Below are positions 20,313-30,487 of a DNA stretch of 64,000 bases, piece after piece. The DNA comes from an uncultured Methanosarcinaceae archaeon (GTDB taxonomy: Archaea; Halobacteriota; Methanosarcinia; Methanosarcinales; Methanosarcinaceae). The stretch's first letter is position 1. Every line of letters begins with the position of its first letter. Made by a program: the position numbers and the translations under genes. The notes under the pieces were generated by a model. That model was not told the origin of the DNA, did not search any database, and saw nothing but the letters and a program-made list of their open reading frames with translations. The stretch spans positions 576,001 through 640,000 of the forward strand of contig CAWJYV010000008.1 of NCBI GenBank assembly GCA_963847185.1, given 5' to 3'.

Positions 20313-22847
20313 ATGGAAGATAAACTGAGGAAATATAGCACCGAAAGAAAGCAATTAGAGGAGGCATCGGATCAGAGTGAACAATGTTTAAGGCGAAAAT
20401 TGGAAAACGGGATCTTATCTCCTCGAAAGATAACTGATTTGGAGCTTTCCGAGATTATTGATGTCCAGGCTATACAACCCTTGATGGACGATTTCTATAA
20501 ACTTACCCACATCCCTATAGGCTTAAACGATCTCAAAGGAAATGTTCTGGTAGGCGCCGGATGGCAGGATATATGCACCAAATTCCACAGAATTCATCCC
20601 GAAACCTGCAAGCATTGTGTAGAGAGCAACATAAAGCTATCCTTGGGCGTTACCCCTGGAGAGCTTAAGATGTATAAGTGCAAGAACAACATGTGGGACA
20701 TAGTGACCCCAATCATGGTGGGTGACCAGCATGTTGGCTATGTCTTCGCAGGACAGTTCTTCTTTGAAGACGAAACTCTGGACTATGAGCTTTTCCGATT
20801 CCAGGCCAGAAAATATGGCTTTAATGAGGAGGAATATATAGTAGCGCTTGAAAAAGTTCCACGGTTGAGCAGGGAAGCTGTGAACACAGGTATGGGCTTC
20901 TTTATGACATTTGCCAACATGCTCTCTCAGCTAAGTTACAGCAATATCAAACTTGCCCAGTCACTGGCGGAACGCGATACCCTGGTGGATAAGCTAGAGA
21001 ATAACAGGAAAGATTTCAACCGTGCCCAGGCTGTGGGAAACATCGGAAGCTGGCGTCTTGATGTATGCAAAAATGAATTAGAGTGGTCCGATGAGAATCA
21101 CTGTATTTTTGGTATCCCAAAGGGTATTCCTTTGACCTATGAGACTTTCCTTTCAACAGTTCATCCTGATGATCGGGAATACGTTGACAAAGAATGGAAG
21201 GCAGGGTTAAGGGGTGAACCATACGATCTCGAGCACCGCATTATCGTAAACAGTAAGATCAAATGGGTACGTGAAAAGGCATATCTTGAATTTGGCAAAG
21301 ATGGAGCTGTGATCGGTGGTTTCGGCATAACTCAGGATATAAACGAGCGTAAAAGAGCAGAAGAAGCTGTGAAGCTATCAAATATATATAATCGCAGTTT
21401 GATTGAAGCCAGTTTGGACCCACTTGTGACTATCGGGCCAGATGGAAAAATAACCGATGTCAATAACTCCACCGAAACAGTGACAGGTTATTCTCGAGAC
21501 AAACTCATAGGTACCGATTTCTCAGACTATTTTACTGAGCCTGAGAAAGCTAAAGAAGGCTACCAACGCGTATTTCAAGAAGGATTGGTAAGGGACTATC
21601 CCCTTGAAATTCAGAATAAAGATGGACATATAACTCCTGTTTTGTATAATGCCTCAATTTATAAGGATGAGTCTGGAAAGGTTCTTGGGATCTTTGCTGC
21701 AGCCCGTGATATTACAGAACTTGAAAAGGCAGAAAAAGCTCTAAAAAAAGCACATGATAATTTAGAAAAACTAGTTGAAGAGCGAACATCAGAGCTTGAA
21801 AAAGCTTACAACTCTTTGAAGGAAAGCGAAAAAAGTCTTTCTGAAGCTCAAAGAATGGCTCATATTGGAAATTGGGATTGGGACATTGTAAATGATAAAA
21901 TGTACTGGTCTGATGAGCTTTATCGTATTTTTGGAATTACCCCTCTAAAGTCTTTATCCTACAATGATGCTTTAAGTGCTATACACCCCGGCGATCGAAG
22001 TTATTTGGATAGTGCCATTAAGGAAGCTTTTAACGGGAAACCGTTCAGCATTAATTTTAGGGCTATCTTAGCTAATGGGGAAGAACGCATACTCCATTCA
22101 CAAGCCGAAGTTATTTTTGATGAGAAGAATGTTCCTATTCGAATGATAGGAATAGCTCAGGACATCAGTGAGCGTAAGAAGACTGAAGAAGCTATGGAAA
22201 AAATACAGGAAATGCACATAAAAGAAATCCACCATAGAATCAAGAATAACCTGCAGGTAATTTCATCTCTGCTCAGCCTCGAATCCGAAAAGTTCAGTGA
22301 TGAAAAAATGCTTGAGTCTTTCAGAGAGAGTCAAAACCGCGTAGCTTCAATGGCTCTAATTCATGAAGAACTCTATAAAGGAAACGAACTGGATACTCTT
22401 GATTTTGCAGCTTATCTTCAGAAGTTGACTGATGATCTTTTCAATTCATATAATCTTAGAAATGAAGATATCGGTTTGAAGCTAGACCTTGAAAAGATTA
22501 ATCTTGACATGGATATTGCAATACCTCTTGGTATCGTTGTCAATGAATTAGTTTCAAATTCCCTGAAACATGCCTTTCCCATTGGAAGAGCAGGCGAAAT
22601 TTGTATAAATTTATACAAAAAACCCTTTATGAGAAAAAATAGATTTCATTACATGCTTACCGTAGAGGATAACGGAAAAGGAATCCCTGAAGAAATAGAG
22701 TTTACAAATACGGATTCTCTCGGATTCCAGCTCGTAAATATTCTTGTTGAACAGATAGACGGCTATATAGAACTCATCAGGAATCACGGTACAAAATTCA
22801 TTATCCGGTTTAATAATATAGAAACACAAACTAACCATGTTTATTAA
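20313..22847 (+). CDS. PocR-PAS sensor histidine kinase (HisKA_2 type)
   Basis: N-terminal PocR (C..FHR..P..C, YKC), three PAS/PAC domains, EIHHRIKNNLQ, NELVSN, DNGKG, SLG. Confidence 0.9.
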   Translation: MEDKLRKYSTERKQLEEASDQSEQCLRRKLENGILSPRKITDLELSEIIDVQAIQPLMDDFYKLTHIPIGLNDLKGNVLVGAGWQDICTKFHRIHPETCKHCVESNIKLSLGVTPGELKMYKCKNNMWDIVTPIMVGDQHVGYVFAGQFFFEDETLDYELFRFQARKYGFNEEEYIVALEKVPRLSREAVNTGMGFFMTFANMLSQLSYSNIKLAQSLAERDTLVDKLENNRKDFNRAQAVGNIGSWRLDVCKNELEWSDENHCIFGIPKGIPLTYETFLSTVHPDDREYVDKEWKAGLRGEPYDLEHRIIVNSKIKWVREKAYLEFGKDGAVIGGFGITQDINERKRAEEAVKLSNIYNRSLIEASLDPLVTIGPDGKITDVNNSTETVTGYSRDKLIGTDFSDYFTEPEKAKEGYQRVFQEGLVRDYPLEIQNKDGHITPVLYNASIYKDESGKVLGIFAAARDITELEKAEKALKKAHDNLEKLVEERTSELEKAYNSLKESEKSLSEAQRMAHIGNWDWDIVNDKMYWSDELYRIFGITPLKSLSYNDALSAIHPGDRSYLDSAIKEAFNGKPFSINFRAILANGEERILHSQAEVIFDEKNVPIRMIGIAQDISERKKTEEAMEKIQEMHIKEIHHRIKNNLQVISSLLSLESEKFSDEKMLESFRESQNRVASMALIHEELYKGNELDTLDFAAYLQKLTDDLFNSYNLRNEDIGLKLDLEKINLDMDIAIPLGIVVNELVSNSLKHAFPIGRAGEICINLYKKPFMRKNRFHYMLTVEDNGKGIPEEIEFTNTDSLGFQLVNILVEQIDGYIELIRNHGTKFIIRFNNIETQTNHVY

Positions 22848-22889
22848 AAAGGTTAAGTGACTACAGACTTCTCCTAATGCAACTTTTGT

Positions 22890-22981
22890 AACAAAAGTAA
22901 AGTAATTCTACCTGCAATATTTCTTTCAATTTTAGTTAGTGCTGGCAGTGCAGCAGCTGCAACTTCGTTCAAGGGTTGCTA
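22890..22981 (+). pseudogene. possible remnant of a secreted-protein signal peptide
   Basis: Reads FLSILVSAGSAAAATS then stops; no intact start. Confidence 0.25.
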
Positions 22982-23175
22982 AGTAAGGATTAAAGGATCA
23001 ATAACGAAGAAAGCTCCAGTTATTACTACTTTCTTCTTAAGTTGTTTGAAAACTCTGGCGTTTTCCTTACTAGCATTTTCTATAACCGAATCCGGGGCAA
23101 GAAAAAGAGGGTGAAATCAGGAAGTTCTAAAGAAAAAAGATAAAGAGAAAAAGAATATCTGTACTAAATCTATCC

Positions 23176-23829
23176 TTACCATCCTCTGGAATACTCATCA
23201 TAACAGGGTATACATACTATCTCCCCGTTTTGCATTCTGGCGCGAGATTCTGCAAACATCTCATCGCACTTTGAGCATTTTACCGAATTGAAGATCCTGG
23301 CCTTATGAGGAATTTCTATGTTTACATGTTTTATGTCGAACATTTCTTCAGCAGGTGCTTTTCTCATGTACTCCGAGATATCATTCATCCGTTTCCTGAA
23401 CTCCAGTGTTTCGGATTCTGTGGCTGTTCCTGATATTACTTTGGGACGAAGCTTGCTTAACTCAGGGTCAATGCCGTCAATGTTAAAGCTGGACTTCAGT
23501 ACAACCCTGACAGCTTTGCCGCTGTCTCTACAGATAAAAGTAAAGGCCTGCTTCCCATAATCCCTGTAGATAAGGTTGCCTTTTCCAATAGTGCAGCCTG
23601 TTACAACCTGTACGGCATCGACTCCACAGGCGTCGTTTTCCACAATAGTCACAAGTTCTTCATCAATATCCCTATCAACGCAAAGTTCTTCTATTCCGGT
23701 TTTGGCGGCCATATAACCTATAGTCAGTCCCGGACATACATGCCCATGGAACTTTGCGACTTCAGAAAACTGGGCTATTTGCTGCTCTACTGCATTTTCA
23801 TTTGAACATACTCCAGACATATCGATCAC
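23176..23829 (-). CDS. FmdE family protein with C-terminal zinc finger
   Basis: FHGHVCPG, ENDACGVDA, GCTIGKGN, CSKC...CIPC. Confidence 0.9.
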   Translation of the reverse strand: MIDMSGVCSNENAVEQQIAQFSEVAKFHGHVCPGLTIGYMAAKTGIEELCVDRDIDEELVTIVENDACGVDAVQVVTGCTIGKGNLIYRDYGKQAFTFICRDSGKAVRVVLKSSFNIDGIDPELSKLRPKVISGTATESETLEFRKRMNDISEYMRKAPAEEMFDIKHVNIEIPHKARIFNSVKCSKCDEMFAESRARMQNGEIVCIPCYDEYSRGW

Positions 23830-24116
23830 AAACGTTACATATATTAATACTAGATATATTTTGCTAAATAATCTGTAGCAGATATTAACATAAAAATATA
23901 AAATATTAATACTAAGCTGGAAAATGAGTTTATTAACTGCTTGGGTTTTCAGAGTAGGAATTACACAATTGAGAAAAAATAAGCACTAATAGATCTGTAA
24001 CTACCCTACATTACTTTTTCACTCTGAATTCCACAACAATGAATCATGGGTAACAAGGAAAAAAGATAGCGTTGCGATATTTTTCGTGTCTTTCTGTGTT
24101 TTCTGTAATTATCTCT

Positions 24117-24506
24117 TTAAACTTCTTTTTCTTCTTCACATATAGTATTTTTTTCATTTCTAATGAAACCTCTTGTAGTATATACGATCCACTGCCAGTG
24201 GAGAATAACATGGATGACTATAAAAATCGCTATCAAGATCCCCACTCTGCTGTGTATCCAGATCCAGGTAGCTTTTGTTAATCCCATATAGACTACATAT
24301 CGTCCCTTTGGAATCCCTGAAGGTATAAAGAAATACATGAATAAACCTGTACCTGCAACGACAAGAAATAGAATTGTCAGAATAAGGTCCATTAAGTAAT
24401 TGATTTTCGTCCGGCTTACGTTTTCACCCCATTTTCTATTTTCTTGTAAATAACCCTCCATAATTTTGGCATATACTGATTTTTCGACTACAAATGTCAC
24501 AGGCAC
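24117..24506 (-). CDS. DUF4405 (cytochrome b-like) small membrane protein
   Basis: TG in TM1, W..IH...G, H..LHW; true start may be downstream of 24506. Confidence 0.75.
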   Translation of the reverse strand: MPVTFVVEKSVYAKIMEGYLQENRKWGENVSRTKINYLMDLILTILFLVVAGTGLFMYFFIPSGIPKGRYVVYMGLTKATWIWIHSRVGILIAIFIVIHVILHWQWIVYTTRGFIRNEKNTICEEEKEV

Positions 24507-24565
24507 TTTATCCTTGATTTTTCAAGAATCGAGGATTACGATCCGGTATCTTCGGTAATATCCGT

Positions 24566-24949
24566 TTAATGATGCGAGCAGTTGCAAGTTCCATTCATTG
24601 ATAATTCATGCAGCAATCCATTGTTATAGTCCTGGATTGCATTGGAAACCTTACCTGCTGCGCCCGCAAATACTTTTATCTTATTTTCCGCAAGCGACAT
24701 TAAAGGCCTTCCACCGATACCCAAAACTAAGACGATATCGACATTTTGCGATTTTAGAATAATCGATGGGGCAGCGCAGTTGTGTTCCCCATCAGGAGAA
24801 CTGTTTCTTATCGCTTTAATTCCCATAATACCTTTTTCCTGTACATCTACAATAGTAAAATATTCGCATGAGCCATAATGGGCACATACATCAGATTCCA
24901 GTCCAATTTCACTCATCGAAGGTATGGCAATTTTTGTCATTTTATTCAC
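24566..24949 (-). CDS. NifB/NifX (dinitrogenase FeMo-co binding) family protein
   Basis: KIAIPS, HYGSCEYF, GIGGRP, C-terminal CNCSHH. Confidence 0.85.
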   Translation of the reverse strand: MNKMTKIAIPSMSEIGLESDVCAHYGSCEYFTIVDVQEKGIMGIKAIRNSSPDGEHNCAAPSIILKSQNVDIVLVLGIGGRPLMSLAENKIKVFAGAAGKVSNAIQDYNNGLLHELSMNGTCNCSHH

Positions 24950-25457
24950 TTCCTTCTTTAGTATTTACCACTGCTCTTCCCTTATTTTTGGGACAGCAGT
25001 AATCATCCTCAATAAACCTCTTTCCTCTTCCGTCGCCGCCGATGCGGTAAATTATCATAGAATCACACTTCGGACAGTTTGTAGGCCTTCTCTCGTTAAA
25101 CTGTAACTCCCAAGTATGCTCACATTTTTTGCATAGGAATTCGACCTTGCACTCGCCGCTATTTATGTAATCTCCTCCGGAGATCTCAATTGCTTTGCCA
25201 TTGACGAGGGCATCGACCACTTTTTTTCGGGCTTTTTGAAGATCGTTCCAGAAAGTTTTCCGGGAAACCCCCATTAAATCAGCAGCTTCATTTTGCTCGA
25301 CATCAAGGAGATCGCAAAGACGGATAGCTTCAAGCTCTTCTATGGACAGATTGATAATTTCGAGATCGCAGAGAGAAACTTCCCTGGGCTTGTAATAGGT
25401 GGCCTTCGGGAGACATGAGACTCTGCGCTTAACTCTGTTGACCATCAAATTACACAT
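24942..25457 (-). CDS. DUF134 (UPF0251) HTH protein with zinc ribbon
   Basis: EELEAIRL.D, Q..AA..MGVSR.T, CKKC...CPKC. Confidence 0.88.
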   Translation of the reverse strand: MCNLMVNRVKRRVSCLPKATYYKPREVSLCDLEIINLSIEELEAIRLCDLLDVEQNEAADLMGVSRKTFWNDLQKARKKVVDALVNGKAIEISGGDYINSGECKVEFLCKKCEHTWELQFNERRPTNCPKCDSMIIYRIGGDGRGKRFIEDDYCCPKNKGRAVVNTKEGSE

Positions 25458-25895
25458 ATGAGCTGTAATATATATAGTTTTTGTAAAGGTCTTCTGCTTT
25501 GAAACTTCTTAGAATTCTGACTTTGAATGTATCATCGATGAAAAGGGAGAATGAGAAATACCATACAATTGGCAATAGTACAAACCTGCAGGAATTGGCA
25601 TGAAGAAAAATCTAAGTAGGATACAACATCAGGCTATTTTCCGTGTAAATACAACTCTGGATGAGTCCTTCGGCCAACTTCATTGAACACTTCAAGCCCG
25701 CACTTACCCGAACTTCACTTTTTATCAAGAACCTATCTATTTACTCCAGTTATTAAGTTAAATTATCCGTAATCAACTGATAACTCATAATAGATAACAC
25801 TGTTTACAAAAAAGTTATTGAAATATAAGAAATAAAGAGAAAATTTAGTTAATTTTATGTAATACTTTTCCACTATCAAATTAGAGGAAAGTAAC

Positions 25896-27107
25896 ATGAA
25901 AATATTTGCCAGTATTAAACTAAATAAAATCGTGCTAATAGGACTGCTTATTGCTGCCCTCCTTACAAGCTCAGGATGCGCGGATAAATCCGCATCTTCT
26001 GGAGAGGAAAAAGAAGTAGCGCCAGCAGAGTCTTCCAATGTTACAATGAGCAGCGGATTAGAAGAGTCCGCCGGAATCGCAATAACCGATGGTTTCGGAA
26101 GAAACGTGACTATACCTGAGAATACAGGAAAGGTAGTCTGCTCAGGAGCAGGCTGCCTTCGCTATCTTGTATACCTGCAGGTCCAGGATTATGTGGTAGG
26201 GGTTGACAGTATAGAGAAGGAAAAAAGCGAAATCGAAGGCCGTCCCTACGCTCTTGCAAACCCACAGCTCAGAGACTATCCCCTTATTGGCGAGTTCAGG
26301 GGCAAAGATGACCCTGAGAAAATAATTGCCATTGGCCCTCAGGTGATCTTTAAGACCGGCGCAACTGGCCAACCTGCAGCAGCAAATGCCGCTGATGCCG
26401 ACGCGCTTCAGAATAAAACAGGCATCCCTGTTGTAATGTTCCCTTATGGCTCTTTGAAGAACGAAAATCAGAAAGCTGAGATGTACAGCTCTTTCAGGAT
26501 AATGGGTGAGGTAGTAGGCAAGCAGGAAAGGGCAGAAGAAATAATTGCTTATATCGATGCTACCATGCAGGACCTTGAAAACAGGACTGCAGACATTCCG
26601 GAATCCGAAAGAAAGACTGTCTATGTCGGAGGGGTTAGCAGTGCGGGAGCTCACGGAATAATTTCCACAGAACCGGCTTATCCTCCATTCCTCTGGGTTA
26701 ATGCAAATAATGTTGCAGCAGGCATGGGCGCAGATCATGCTGATATTGCCAAAGAAGCTCTCATAGACTGGGACCCAGAGTATATGTTTATCGATATCGG
26801 CACCATCCAGCTAGGTAACGAAGGGGCTATAGGAGAACTCAAGAACGACACAGCTCTTACAGGGCTTTCAGCTGTAAAGAATAACAAGGTCTATGGAGTG
26901 ATCCCATACAATTACTACGGCACTAACTATGAATCAGTGCTTGCAAACGCTTACTTTGTAGGTAAAGTGCTTTATCCGGACAGATTTGAAGATATTGACC
27001 CTGAAGTCAAAGCCGACGAAATTTACACTTTCTTCCTTGGCAAATCCGTATATTCTGACCTGAACGGGCAGTATAACAACCTGGGATTCAAGCAGATTCC
27101 ACTATGA
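25896..27107 (+). CDS. Fe/B12-type ABC transporter substrate-binding lipoprotein
   Basis: SSGC lipobox, TDGFGRNV, GVD, E.I..WDP, LYPDRF. Confidence 0.88.
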   Translation: MKIFASIKLNKIVLIGLLIAALLTSSGCADKSASSGEEKEVAPAESSNVTMSSGLEESAGIAITDGFGRNVTIPENTGKVVCSGAGCLRYLVYLQVQDYVVGVDSIEKEKSEIEGRPYALANPQLRDYPLIGEFRGKDDPEKIIAIGPQVIFKTGATGQPAAANAADADALQNKTGIPVVMFPYGSLKNENQKAEMYSSFRIMGEVVGKQERAEEIIAYIDATMQDLENRTADIPESERKTVYVGGVSSAGAHGIISTEPAYPPFLWVNANNVAAGMGADHADIAKEALIDWDPEYMFIDIGTIQLGNEGAIGELKNDTALTGLSAVKNNKVYGVIPYNYYGTNYESVLANAYFVGKVLYPDRFEDIDPEVKADEIYTFFLGKSVYSDLNGQYNNLGFKQIPL

Positions 27108-27123
27108 TGGAGGGTATAAAGAA

Positions 27124-28194
27124 GTGCACTTTGTTGATGGAGCAGTTCCGGAAGATTACCTCAACTATATAAGAAAAAAATACTTCTGGATAATTGGGGG
27201 GCTTCTGCTCCTTTTTTTTATGCTTATCTACTCAATTTCAGTAGGGGCAGTAATGATACCTCCTCATGAGGTACTGCAAACTCTGATGGGACAGAGTGTT
27301 TCTGTGAAATGGGACTCAATTATCTGGAATATCCGACTCCCCCAAGCCCTTGCTGCAATAGTTGCAGGTGCCGGACTTTCAGTTGCAGGAGTGGTAATGC
27401 AATCTGTCCTGCGAAATCCACTCGCGTCTCCGCTTACCCTGGGAATCTTTCACGCTGGAGCTTTCGGAGCTGCGGTTTCTGTAATTATTCTCGGGACAGG
27501 AAATATGCAATCAACCGTTGCGGACGCCGTCATAATCAACAACCCTTACCTGACCACGACGGTAGCCTTCTTTTTTTGTCTTCTGGCTACCGGGATAATC
27601 CTGTTTATTTCCCGAATCAGGGCATCTTCACCCGAAGTGATGGTACTTGCAGGCGTTGCTCTTTCTTCTCTCTTTACCGCAGGGACGATATTCCTGCAGT
27701 ACTTTGCTGACGATACTCAGCTTGCAGCGGTTGTTTTCTGGACCTTTGGTGATGTCGGAAGAGCAAACTGGCTGGAACTTAAAATTATGACAGGTGTTGT
27801 CCTGTTTGCAACTATGTTCTTCGTAGTCAACCGCTGGGACTACAATGCCATAGATGCAGGAGATGAGACAGCAAAAGGGCTCGGTGTCAATGTAGAAAGA
27901 GTCAGGATGGTCGGCATGGTTATCGCAGCGCTTGTCTCTGCTGTTATCGTTTCGTTCCTTGGAGTAATCGGGTTTGTAGGGCTGATCTGTCCGCATATGG
28001 TCAGACGGCTCATCGGAGACGACCAGAGGTACCTGATACCTGGCTCCACTGTGCTTGGAGGAATTCTCCTTCTGGTATCGGACACCGTGGCCAGGCTTAT
28101 AATAGCACCTTATGTGCTACCAGTTTCAGTGCTTACCGCTTTCATGGGAGCACCTACTTTCATTTACCTGCTTCTTAGGGGGTATAAAAGATGA
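27124..28194 (+). CDS. FecCD/BtuC family permease
   Basis: IRLP, RNPLASP, A..LGV.V, GVIGFVGL..PH. Confidence 0.92.
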   Translation: MHFVDGAVPEDYLNYIRKKYFWIIGGLLLLFFMLIYSISVGAVMIPPHEVLQTLMGQSVSVKWDSIIWNIRLPQALAAIVAGAGLSVAGVVMQSVLRNPLASPLTLGIFHAGAFGAAVSVIILGTGNMQSTVADAVIINNPYLTTTVAFFFCLLATGIILFISRIRASSPEVMVLAGVALSSLFTAGTIFLQYFADDTQLAAVVFWTFGDVGRANWLELKIMTGVVLFATMFFVVNRWDYNAIDAGDETAKGLGVNVERVRMVGMVIAALVSAVIVSFLGVIGFVGLICPHMVRRLIGDDQRYLIPGSTVLGGILLLVSDTVARLIIAPYVLPVSVLTAFMGAPTFIYLLLRGYKR

Positions 28195-28994
28195 TTCTTT
28201 CTGTAGAAGAACTCAAGTTTCTATATCGTAACCGTGAAATTCTCCACGAAATCGCATTTTCGATCGATGAAGGAGAAGTTGTAGCAATCCTTGGGCCCAA
28301 TGGAGTTGGAAAGACTACTCTGTTAAAATGCCTTAACCGGATCCTCCACCCGAAAGGGGGAGCAGTTCATATTGATGGAGAAAATCTCCTCGACCTCGGG
28401 ACTGTGGAGATCGCTCGCCTGATAGGATATGTCCCTCAGCGTGTAGAAACCGGAAGGCTGACAGCTTTTGATGCAGTTCTGCTAGGTCGGCGGCCCCATA
28501 TAAAATGGGATATTACCGAAAAGGATCTCAAGATCGTTGATTCGGTTTTCAGGTTACTTTCGATGGAAAAACTACGTATGTCTTATATTGATGAAATGAG
28601 TGGAGGGGAACTCCAGAAAGTTGCAATCGCACGTTCACTCGTGCAGGAACCGAAAATTCTTCTCCTTGACGAACCAACAAGCAGTCTCGACCTGAAAAAT
28701 CAGATTGAGATTCTTGCCGTAATCAGGCACATTGTCCTCGAGTACAGGATTGCAGCCATAATGACAATGCATGACCTCAACCAGGCCCTCAGGTATGCAG
28801 ATAAATTTATTCTTCTTAAAGGAGGAAGAGTTCATGCCCATGGAGGAATGGAGGTAATCACATCTGAGGTGATTGAAGAAGTCTATGGCCTGCCAGTGAT
28901 CATCGGAGAAGTTGCAGGCATGAGATGTGTGGTTCCCGGAAGCCCAGAATGGGACTGTACACGTAGCCAGCCAGAAAATGCGAGATCGATATAA
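28191..28994 (+). CDS. ABC transporter ATP-binding protein (FecE/BtuD)
   Basis: GPNGVGKT, MSGGE, LLLDEPT, HDLN. Confidence 0.93.
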   Translation: MILSVEELKFLYRNREILHEIAFSIDEGEVVAILGPNGVGKTTLLKCLNRILHPKGGAVHIDGENLLDLGTVEIARLIGYVPQRVETGRLTAFDAVLLGRRPHIKWDITEKDLKIVDSVFRLLSMEKLRMSYIDEMSGGELQKVAIARSLVQEPKILLLDEPTSSLDLKNQIEILAVIRHIVLEYRIAAIMTMHDLNQALRYADKFILLKGGRVHAHGGMEVITSEVIEEVYGLPVIIGEVAGMRCVVPGSPEWDCTRSQPENARSI

Positions 28995-29136
28995 GAAATA
29001 ATGTGCAGCTGATCCTTCGACAGACAGATCCTAACGTCCAAATACATACTTTATCCCCGATAGCTCTGGCCTTTAAGATTAGCTTTAAGGTGTATGTGCA
29101 TGGAAGGGATAGGGATATTAATGGTTTTACTTATCT

Positions 29137-29250
29137 TCAGAAAGGAAATAGTTTCAATCTCAGAAAGGAAATAGTTTCAATCTCAGAAAGGAAATAGTTT
29201 CAATCTCAGAAAGGAAATAGTTTCAATCTCAGAAAGGAAATAGTTTCAAT
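29137..29250. repeat. 23-bp perfect tandem repeat, about 5 copies (TCAGAAAGGAAATAGTTTCAATC)
   Basis: Units start at 29137, 29160, 29183, 29206, 29229. Confidence 0.95.
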
Positions 29251-29494
29251 TAGAGATCTGGTTTTCCAGATTTGAACATAACATAAGAGTGCACTCTGTA
29301 CCTGTGTAGAAGCTAACGCAATTGTCCGTTATTTCAAGCATATTGACACGCTGGTAATACATCATCTCAGACAGTTTATACTTATCTGCCCATAGGGTGT
29401 TCAAAAGGAAAGCATATACCATGGCAGGGTCCTTATGGCTGACAAAATAAGCTTGCACTGCATCGAAATATTCTTTTGATTGTATCCTTTGCAC
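29246..29494 (-). pseudogene. possible gene fragment of unknown family
   Basis: 82-aa frame with no clear RBS, bounded upstream by an in-frame TAG and ending in the tandem repeat. Confidence 0.25.
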
Positions 29495-29749
29495 TGTTAG
29501 TCCCTATCTGTCATTAGACTGTATTAATAAATAACTTTGGGTAAGAAAAATAGCTATGAAGCGATGTCTTTTTTATGGAATCATTTTGGCTCTTCGCTGT
29601 TTTGTATGGATTGAAAATAATTGCCTGGTTGAAAAATGACTACTTCAAATGATAAACATCGATCTTGAACATGTTTTTTCCAGATAAATTATGTTCAAAC
29701 ATTACCCATATTTGGGAAGCAATTATAAATTACCCACTCGAAATAGCGA

Positions 29750-29883
29750 AGAACCATGTTTATTTCGGCCATGAATACTGTTTTGGAGTAGTCGTTCTTG
29801 ATGGGGGAGACGAAGAAATAACAGAGCTTGATGAAGCTATAATGGCTCTCAAAGGAGTGAAATTCTCATGACCACAACTTTAG
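29750..29883 (+). pseudogene. nikR: 3' remnant of nickel-responsive regulator NikR
   Basis: [17 protein letters not shown]...I.EL...[10 protein letters not shown] matches the NikR H.H.DH..CLEV..G...KGV tail; no ribbon-helix-helix domain; frameshift before the terminal TTT. Confidence 0.7.
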
Positions 29884-30070
29884 CATTTATAGGAAAGATC
29901 TGATTCTTCTCATTTATCCCAAAAAAACGCTAACGGTCTAAATAAATTAAAGAGAATAACCTGTGAATAACGAAGAGGTTATATCTTATAAATCCCAACT
30001 AGGTTAAACTCTTCAATGTTACAAATCCGAATAATTGTGTTAAGTTTAAAATATAATTGAGGTCTTAAAA

Positions 30071-30463
30071 ATGACAGAAAAACTCGGAATTCTGGCCATA
30101 GGCCACGGGAGCAAGCTGCCTTACAATAAGGAAGTCGTCACTCAGATCGCAGACTATATCGCCAAAAATCACACTGACGTTGTTGTCATGGCCGGTTTCA
30201 TGGAAAACAGTAAACCAACTCTGAAAGAAGCAATTAAAGGCTTCTCAGGGACTGGCGTAACTAAGGTGGCAGCAGTACCGGTTTTCCTGGCTTCGGGAGT
30301 TCATATCACAAAAGATATACCTGAAATCTTAAGTCTGGATGAGAAGGGCTGTGGCACCCTGGAAATTGATGGAAAGGAGGTTCCTCTGTGCTACGCAAAA
30401 CCCCTCGGAGCCGATGAACTGATAGCTGAACTCGTATTCAAGAGGGTTCAGGAAGCCCTCTAA
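30071..30463 (+). CDS. cfbA: sirohydrochlorin nickelochelatase
   Basis: GHGS, GFME...[16 protein letters not shown]; heads the cfb cluster. Confidence 0.92.
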   Translation: MTEKLGILAIGHGSKLPYNKEVVTQIADYIAKNHTDVVVMAGFMENSKPTLKEAIKGFSGTGVTKVAAVPVFLASGVHITKDIPEILSLDEKGCGTLEIDGKEVPLCYAKPLGADELIAELVFKRVQEAL

Positions 30464-30487
30464 ACTCATTATAAGGGTCCGGTTTTT

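Noticed and set aside
25540-25740. Possible transposase fragment between DUF134 and the ABC operon
   Set aside because: No recognisable motif or terminal repeats in the frames read
29137-29250. CRISPR array (unit contains GTTTCAAT, a common CRISPR repeat end)
   Set aside because: Units are contiguous with no spacers, and no cas genes are nearby
29495-29575. Pyrrolysine read-through extending the 29246-29494 ORF
   Set aside because: The frame upstream of the TAG reaches TAA without any canonical start codon
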